DNA of 61,979 nucleotides, filler included, from Choristocarpus tenellus KU-1152 (Eukaryota; Protista; Phaeophyceae), in NCBI GenBank assembly GCA_964200185.2. It is 9 parts of 9 records of this genome, joined end to end, with 100 filler letters (N's around TTAATTAATTAA, not from the genome) between each part and the next. Parts side by side here need not be neighbours in the genome. Positions count along the whole stretch, not along the records: positions 54,470 to 57,958 come from CAXNAD020019679.1; positions 58,059 to 61,979 come from CAXNAD020017135.1; 7 more parts are not named here. One strand, written 5' to 3'. The position numbers and the translations under genes are program-made. Position 1 is the stretch's first letter; every line of letters begins with the position of its first letter. Below, piece by piece: positions 54,370 through 61,979 of this stretch. The notes beneath the pieces were generated by a model that had not been told where the DNA came from, searched no databases, and worked only from the letters and a program-made list of their open reading frames with translations.

Positions 54370-55447
54370 NNNNNNNNNNNNNNNNNNNNNNNNNNNNNNN
54401 NNNNNNNNNNNNNTTAATTAATTAANNNNNNNNNNNNNNNNNNNNNNNNNNNNNNNNNNNNNNNNNNNNTGGGAGGGGTACGTGGGGGTGGTAAGGGTGG
54501 TTGGCGGGGTGGGGGGGGGGGGAAGGTTGTGCACAGTACGTCATTGACTGCTCCTTGCGTGTTAGATCGTGCTACCCTGCTAGCATCCAGCTCATACCAA
54601 TTGGAAAGAGTTGGAGGGGGGGCTGATACTGGTGTTCAGAATAACTTTTGTGTTAGTGAGGAAGGAAAAAAGGCTAAAACTCTATGTGAATGGAAGAAGA
54701 TCGTAAGGGAGTGGCTTGGTAATCTCTCTCTCTCTCTGTTGGTTCGCCTGACAAGAGTTTTTGTATTCCCTGCATAACCCCAATGTTGGAAGATTGAGGA
54801 GGAGGAGTCATGGTTTGGAGGCGCTCTATGTCAAGCCCTAGTCAATAGTTGACACAAAGTTGTTTTTAAGGGTTACGTCATCACAATCTTGTTTGATATT
54901 TTGGTTTTAGCGTTACGGTCATGATACAGATTCTTTTTTGTTGTGGTGTGTATAGCGTTTTGCTTGGTGTCAAGGAGCTGGTCTATATGGTCACGACATT
55001 GTGTGCTTGAGTTTGTCGTAGGCATGAATTTAGAGTATATGCACATTTTTATGTTGGACCCCTGCCATGCTTGCATGGGTATTTCCATCTGGGAAAGGTG
55101 AATAAAAACTGCACCTGTCTTTTTGTAGTCTACCACAGTAGAGCAGGAAACGCCTTATAGATTTTAAGGATAGCTGAGAATGTTGTGGTCCTTCTGAGAA
55201 TGTAAGGAGGTGTGTCTTTCATACTTTTGATTCGAGTGTAAAGTCCAGGCGCACACCAACTCAAAGGTACATGTTGACTGTGTGAAAGGGCCTTTTTCAT
55301 CTGAGCCTCATCAGTTCAAAACCCCCGATGCTCCAAAACCCCACGATATACTATCCCATTGCTGCCACTGAAGAACCAGAGTATCAATCCCACTGGCTTC
55401 CCCTGACCCCTTTACCTTTGTTTTATTGCACTGATCACCATGTTCAG

Positions 55448-56650
55448 ATTGGTGTGTGCCTTTGTAATATACTGCTTGGTTTTGGTGTGAAGCTGCTCTG
55501 CTTTGACCCGTACCCTAATGCCGACCTTGAGAAGAGAGGAGGCCACTACGTGGACCAGGATGAGGTGAGTCCGTCTTTTTATTGTTCTGGCATTGTAGTT
55601 GACCTATTTGTCGCACAAGATATTGCCATGTAGTATTCGATAGTGCAGTATTCAATAGCACATCCTACTGTAGTCTCTTTAGTTTTTTCCGTTCCTGGAG
55701 CTCTTCTGGTATCACCAGGTTAGGTGAATTGGTCTAGTTTGTTATATGTACACCCCAAGACAGAAAGTGATTACACTGTATCACAGGAGGCGAGTTGCTG
55801 TGTGTGTGTTTGTTTCCTTTCAGGGTAACAATAACAGTGGTTTAGTTGGGGTCAGCTGAAGTTTTGAATCTACAGTATTCCACTTACACTTTTTCCTGCG
55901 CTTGTGACCACTAGGCTTGGGGAAAGGCCGATGTTGTCTTCCTGATGGCGCCACTTCTTCCCTCCACCAAGCACATGTTCAACACAGACACTCTGCCTAA
56001 ACTCAAGAGGGGCGTGATCGTGATAAACACTTCCAGGGGAGGTATGGATGCACAACGTATACTGGGGGCATACATGACTCCCGCCTTGAGACACATCCTA
56101 ACTTCCCATGAAGGAACACAGTATAATCTACTTGAAGATGCAAAGCTGAACCTCATTCAATCTTGACTTGTGTGGTTGGTTGAATGATTCCGAAATTTGA
56201 GGAGACATGGAAGGCTACTGACTAAAAGCTTTCTATTTTCCAAGGGTGAGGTATGCGCCTTTCTGTTTGTATAGGTCAAATATTTGTCCCCTTCTTCTCA
56301 GTCATGGTATCGGTACTGTATCTGTAACAGTGGCTTGACCTGTTGCCCAAAGATAGAGTTAGGTTTGGAATTGAATTGTTCACATGTGAACGGTAATCAT
56401 CACATCCAATAATCATCCTCGTGATAAAGACAGGCTCTCTCCAGTGACCTTGTCTGTCTGCCACTGCTCCATCCTCCATACCAAGGATCACAAAATGTGC
56501 TGATGATTTGACCACTTGTGGACAGGTCTGATTGAGACAGGTGCTCTCATCACAGGGCTGAGAAGGGGCATTGTGGGTGGTGCAGCTCTTGATGTCTATG
56601 AAAATGAGGCTGGATACTTTTTCAGGGACTGCAGTGACAAGCCCATTCAG
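55448..56650 (+). CDS. NAD-dependent D-lactate dehydrogenase / D-2-hydroxyacid dehydrogenase, internal exons 55448-55564, 55915-56041, 56526-56650
   Basis: Spliced IGVCLCNILLGFGVKLLCFDPYPN...ADVVFLMAPLLPSTKHMFN...INTSRGGLIETGALI...GAALDVYENEAGYFFRDCS, LdhA-like motifs; canonical GT-AG in phase. Confidence 0.9.
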
Positions 56651-56744
56651 GTGAGGTACATGTTTGCTCTTTGAGTTAGAGTGATGATGACAGAGTCTCG
56701 TGTTCTACAGAGTATGCCTGGAGTACTTAACCCTATCTCTATTC

Positions 56745-57049
56745 TAGGGTTCTGGAAGTTGTGGGACAAAGAGGTAGGAGTATTTTAGAAATTGCCTTGC
56801 CAAGAAATGGATTTTTCAGCTTCCATGAACGTTTTATCTTGCCCTTGGGATGAAACACCCAAGAGGAGCAGAAAGAACATGAAACATATAATCAAGGGAG
56901 TTGTATTGAACATACGTCACCTGTAGAATGGTTGTGTTATTGATTCAACAGGGCTCTGCATGAGACATGACCCAAACAAGTGCGTATTTGGATGATGTTC
57001 TATCAAGTAACCATTGCATGCACGTGTGCCCCCTGCAGAGATGATGCCT
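56745..57049 (+). mobile_element. Decayed gypsy-type RT fragment downstream of the last visible LDH exon
   Basis: Broken GFWKL...ILPLG...AYLDDVLS in RT motif order. Confidence 0.45.
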
Positions 57050-57308
57050 GAGTGAAAGTATCTTAGAGGGTACGAAATTTGCCCTGTTTGTCCATTTGGG
57101 GCTTGGCTTCCCATGGGTTTTTAACAATATTTTACCTGCTCCAAAATGTTTCGGAGTAGGTAAAATGTGTATGTTATGAAAAGAAGTGTCCAGAACAAGG
57201 ATATTGAAATCTCCTAACAAATATGATAGCCAAAATTACATCAAAATCGCAATGTTGGATTTTGGCCTGCACATGGACGCGGCTCTACCCTCTAAGATAC
57301 TTTGATTC
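57050..57308 (-). mobile_element. MITE family A, no TSD
   Basis: Family A TIRs and internal sequence. Confidence 0.9.
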
Positions 57309-58058
57309 ATAGTCATGTCCTATCCCCCTGCACTTTGGGCATCTTCCATCACGGTCTCCATCTTCCCCCATTATTGCAGAGGCATCTGCATGTCGTCCCC
57401 TGTCCAGGTCGGGGCAGTCACCTCTCATGTGGCCATCTCTGCCACACATGAAACAGACTATGCGCCCCTTCCCGCGACCCTTTCTACCGGCAATCCCCCT
57501 TCCCGAACTCCAAACCAGAGCATGGTCGTTCCCTTTGCCAATTGAAGAACTTGACGAGCTCCATGCTTGAAGTCTCTACCTCGAATCCACGTCCACTGCC
57601 CAGACTGATCCCCTACAGAAGATGTCGGATTCATGAAGACCGAAGTCACAGTCATAGACTCTAAAGGTTAGCTTGGGCTCTCATTGAAGAAGCGAGGAAG
57701 TCCTCTCCCTACTTCCCAGCGAACGTGGGGAGGTTGGCGATCCTTATGGGGTTGCCGGCAGATGTCTTGTACACAATAACAATGCTCACTACCAGTCACT
57801 TCGCACAACGTCCCAGGAATATTCGGTCCGCTACGTAGCGTGTTGAACTATCCCACACTGAACCCGCAGCTTTCATGATGCTTTAATGAAGGACAAAGAA
57901 CAGCCTGATGTAGATGAACAATGTTAGAAAGACAAGGGCCTTGGTCTCTACTCCGATGNNNNNNNNNNNNNNNNNNNNNNNNNNNNNNNNNNNNNNNNNN
58001 NNTTAATTAATTAANNNNNNNNNNNNNNNNNNNNNNNNNNNNNNNNNNNNNNNNNNNN

Positions 58059-58110
<52 letters not shown>

Positions 58111-58235
58111 GGGAGGGGGGGGAGGGTATGGCACATATACATATTTGGAAATCTATCTATCTATATATGTATCTTGTGCTTTCTCAAACAAAACCCCATA
58201 CAACTCCTCTTCCTTTTCTTGGTGATATGTTGAAG

Positions 58236-58322
58236 ACTATGGAACAAGAGCTTGGATGCCCTGTGGATGAGGTGTTCAGCGAGATAACTCCAGAGCCCCT
58301 GGCTGCTGCTTCCCTTGGACAG
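58236..58322 (+). CDS. Exon of an ABC1/UbiB (ABC1K) atypical kinase
   Basis: TMEQELGCPVDEVFSEITPEPLAAASLGQ| carries the A-rich loop AAASLGQV signature; AG/GT boundaries. Confidence 0.85.
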
Positions 58323-58569
58323 GTGTGTGGTGAGGCGGTATAGAGATGCTGATAAAGTAGGAAGTAGGGGTAGAAATTAAAATAAAATTAAAAGAGTAAT
58401 TATAGCGTCGGTTGTGGTTGTGTTGTTGTTGTTGTTGTTGTTGTTGTTGTAGTTGTAGTTGTAGTTGTATGAATATTTGAAAATGAGGATGTTGATGTGT
58501 AAATAAAAATATGATGAAAGTGGCAATGGTGATGTGATGGGTGATTGTGTTCTTTTGAACAATGATCAT

Positions 58570-59065
58570 GGTAAGAATGATAATATTATGGTAAGAACGA
58601 TAATATTTTTGTAAGAATGATAATATTATAGGAAAAATGATAATATCTTAGTAAGAACGATAATATTTTAAAAGAATGATAATTTTTTAGTGATGGTTGT
58701 TTTAATGATGTGAGTATCTAAAAATATGGATAATAGCAACAATGAAAACATGGTGGTAGTGGTAATGGTAACATGATTGTGTTGATATCATAGTAAATAT
58801 GAAAATACTTTGGTGATGGTGGGGGTAATGATATCATCATGGTTATATTGATGATCATAGTAAATTTGATCATATTTTGGTGATGGTGGTGGTAATGGTA
58901 ACATGATTGTATTGATGATCATAGTATATATGATGACACTTTGGCAATAGTGTAATGATGTATTGATGATCATAGTAAATATGATGACACTTTGGTGATA
59001 GTGTAATGATGTATTTATGATCATAGTAAATATGATGACGCTTTGGTGATAGTGCAATGACGATG
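58570..59065. repeat. AT-rich minisatellites (20-bp GTAAGAATGATAATATTxxx units, then ~51-bp TGATCATAGTAAATATGATGACACTTTGG units)
   Basis: Direct reading of tandem units. Confidence 0.85.
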
Positions 59066-59280
59066 TGAATATCTGAAACACCCGAAAACACTGATGACAA
59101 GAATTAAAAAATGTATTGGTAATAATTACTGTTACTATTTAAAAAAAAATGATTCTAAATGTCATCGTAGCATGCAAACAATCGATCAAAGGACTTTTTT
59201 TTAGGTGTAAGGAAAGATGTGAAAGGACTTTTTTTTTAGTGAAGAAGATTTCTGTTCTGAATTCAGCCTACGTGTATATA

Positions 59281-59319
<39 letters not shown>

Positions 59320-59332
59320 TGTGTTTTTTTGT

Positions 59333-59617
59333 GATTGAAAGTATCTTATTAGAGGGTAGGATTTTTGCCCTGTTTGTCCGTTTGGGGTATACCCCTTTTT
59401 GGCTTCCCACAGTTTTTTTTTTAATGACGTTTTACATACTCCGAAATGGTTCAGAGTAGTTAAAGTGTACACACGTCACGAAAAGATGCGTCCGGAATGG
59501 AACATGGTGGATATTGACGCTTTAAAATGAATAAGATAGTCGCGACGTTGGAGTTTGGTTCCCAAATAGTTCCCAAATGGACGTATGTGGCTGTACCCTC
59601 TAAAGAGTGTTTGACTC
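59333..59617 (-). mobile_element. Degenerate MITE family A
   Basis: GATTGAAAGTATCTTATTAGAGGGTA...TACCCTCTAAAGAGTGTTTGACTC with small internal duplications. Confidence 0.75.
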
Positions 59618-60280
59618 TTTTGAGTGTTTGACTCTTTAGAGTGTATCGCAAGTATGACAGATCTTCATAGATCTTCGTATCAGGAAGAATTTCCCCCATA
59701 CATGTTCAGGATCAGATGTGTGTGTGTGCGTGTGTGCGTGTGTGTGTGTGTGTGTGGCGTGCGTGTGTGATTTTAATCCTCGAGATTGTTATTTTTCTTT
59801 TTTAGGCATTTTTACTTTTTTTTTTCAATTATCGATTGCGCACCATAAAATAAAAGAATCAACGATATAATAATAATTATGATGATAATAATAATAATTA
59901 TGATAATAATAATAATAGCAAGAAGCGATGACAATAAAGTACCAACTCGTGCGATTCCTGCTCTATTTTTTTTTATTTTTTTTTTATTGTAAAATCAATT
60001 ATTGTTTTTCTTAAAAAAAAAAAATGTTTGTTTTTGTAATTTTTTATTATTATAATTATTATTATAATCATTTTGTCGATGAAAAGGTAACGCTCCTTTT
60101 TACAATCACACTTTCTCTTCTTAGACTCCCCACGAAAAAAAAAAAGTTCTTGTTTATATTATTCTTTTTTCGTCTTAGGTGTGGTGCACTCTGTCTCAGA
60201 AAAAAAAAAAAATCCATCGTTAAGGATGGGGGGTCGATACGGTACTCGAGCTAATCTGATAATATTAAAAAAGATGGCCG

Positions 60281-60663
60281 TATATGTATTTACACAGTAA
60301 TGTATGTACATAGATAAAACTCCACCCTAACCCTAACCATAACCCTAACCCTAACCCCCTCAAGTGCCAAAAAAATATTATATGTACTTACACAGTAATG
60401 TATGTACATAGATAAAACTCCACCCTAACCCTAACCCTAACCCTAACCCCCTCAAGTGCCAAAAAAATATTATATGTATTTACACAGTAATGTATAAAAC
60501 ATAGATAAAACTCCACCCTAACCCTAACCATAACCCTAATCCTAACCCCCTCAAGTGCCAAAAAAATATTATATGTATTTACACAGTAATGTATGTACAT
60601 AGATAAAACTCCACCCTAACCCTAACCATGACCCTAACCCCCTCAAGCGCCCAAAAAATATTA
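60281..60663. repeat. Four tandem 92-99-bp units, each with 4-5 CCCTAA telomere-like hexamers
   Basis: Units start at ~60281, 60379, 60471 and 60570. Confidence 0.92.
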
Positions 60664-60679
60664 GAAGAGCATATACATA

Positions 60680-60751
60680 TGTATGCATGTATGTATGTAT
60701 GTATGTATGTATGTATGTATGTATGTATGTATGTATGTATGTATGTATGTA
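60680..60751. repeat. (TATG)n microsatellite
   Basis: Direct reading. Confidence 0.95.
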
Positions 60752-61864
60752 TATATAGACTTGTGGACACATATGGGGGAGGGATACGGTAATTTATCAG
60801 ATCGCTTGGGTCCTGTTTTGACCTTTAATATGAAACACGCCTTCCATTGTTGTTCCGTGATCCTCTTCGACTCTTGATTGACTCTTGATGCAAGTCCCTC
60901 GTCCAATGGTATGAATGAAGCGCTCTCTGATTGGCGGGCAGGTATTGGTCAACCTCAATGGACTCTGCTGTATGTCACCAATGAAATGAAATAAATCGTG
61001 TAAGGCAGAGAGAGTACTAAGACGTCTTATTCTTATCATTCTACTTCTTTTTATTATTATCTTTCTTCTTCTTCTTCTTAGTCTTATTCTTATCGTTCTA
61101 CTTATTTTTTTATTATTATTCATATCATTCCTATTCTTATTTTTGTTCTTATTATTATTGTTATTTTTTCCTTGAGATAAGGAAAAAATGAGATCAGTTT
61201 CTCACGCCGATATACAGCAGCGCAACCATCGAAATAAAAATACGCTACATCTTGTCCCTTACGTCCTAATAAAAATATATTCTGTTTCTTTTTTGGCTTT
61301 TTACCTCTTCGGGATGGCCTCCGATTTAATAAAAAAATCAAAAACTGATTTTTTTTCGTCGGATTCCTCGGAAAATTAAAATAGAAAAATTTCATGCACG
61401 ATGAGTGAGAGGGAGTACGGCACACGCATCTCATACTCGTCTTTTTTTTTATTCCATATTTTCAGAACTATTTTGGGATATATATATATATACATGTATA
61501 CATATTTCAAATGTAACGTATCTTACGTGAAACCTTTCCAAGGAATTCAACGCAAAAAATCCTTTTTAATTTTTTTTAATTTTAAATTTTAATTTTTTAA
61601 ATCAGAGGTAATCCCGAGAGGTACATGCGTAAAGGGAACAGACGTAAAGGGACAGAGGGAGCGAGTGTTGAAAATCTCTTGTTTTTTTGGGTTTTTTTCT
61701 CTTTTCTTTCCTTCCGATTTCTCATTTCTTCTCTATGTACACACACATCTCATCTCCTCAATCCGCAAAAAAAGTAAAAAAAAAGTAAAAAAAAATGTAA
61801 ACGAAAAAAAAGCAAGATCAATTTATATGGACACAGGTCCTGTCCTGAGTGCACCCTTTTCTGT

Positions 61865-61979
61865 ACCTACCTATCCACCCATCCGCCCACCCACCCACCC
61901 ACCCACCCACCTACCTACCTACCTACCTACCTACCTACCTACCTACCTACCTACCTACCTACCTACCTACCTACCTACC
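61865..61979. repeat. (CCAC)n/(CTAC)n microsatellite
   Basis: Direct reading. Confidence 0.95.

Noticed and set aside
2999-58058. Recurrent TTAATTAATTAA palindromes within N-runs
   Set aside because: Artificial six-frame-stop contig spacers; they also invalidate any gene-cluster argument across gaps.
58276-59100. Poly-Q/N and repetitive ORFs
   Set aside because: Products of (TTG)n and minisatellite repeats downstream of the ABC1K exon.
60281-60663. CRISPR-like regular repeat
   Set aside because: The whole unit is repeated with no unique spacers, no cas genes are present and the context is eukaryotic.
60790-60970. Possible minus-strand terminal exon (SIEVDQYLPANQRALHSYHWTRDLHQES...)
   Set aside because: Plausible acceptor, but no homology cue or partner exon.

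Overview
Eukaryotic, intron-rich genomic DNA, most likely a brown alga or close photosynthetic stramenopile (inferred from a signal peptide + A-F plastid-targeting motif, TTAGGG-type repeats and gene/TE style). The window is nine contigs joined by artificial 100-nt N/TTAATTAATTAA spacers, so adjacency across gaps is unsupported. Genes and fragments: a non-RD CAMK-like kinase, a plastid-targeted unknown protein head-to-head with a probable F-box gene, a multi-TM pseudogene, a duplicated CCCH zinc-finger gene (one copy broken by an inversion), D-lactate dehydrogenase exons and an ABC1/UbiB kinase exon. Mobile DNA: a decayed Ty3/gypsy pol, a truncated RLE-type non-LTR element, and about 18 MITE copies from three families with related ends and mixed 3/4-bp target duplications. 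There is also a ~65-bp hairpin+(TAA)n dispersed micro-element, a ~190-bp dimeric satellite and a telomere-motif minisatellite. No rRNA, tRNA or CRISPR array is supported. All alignments and coordinates were read by eye.
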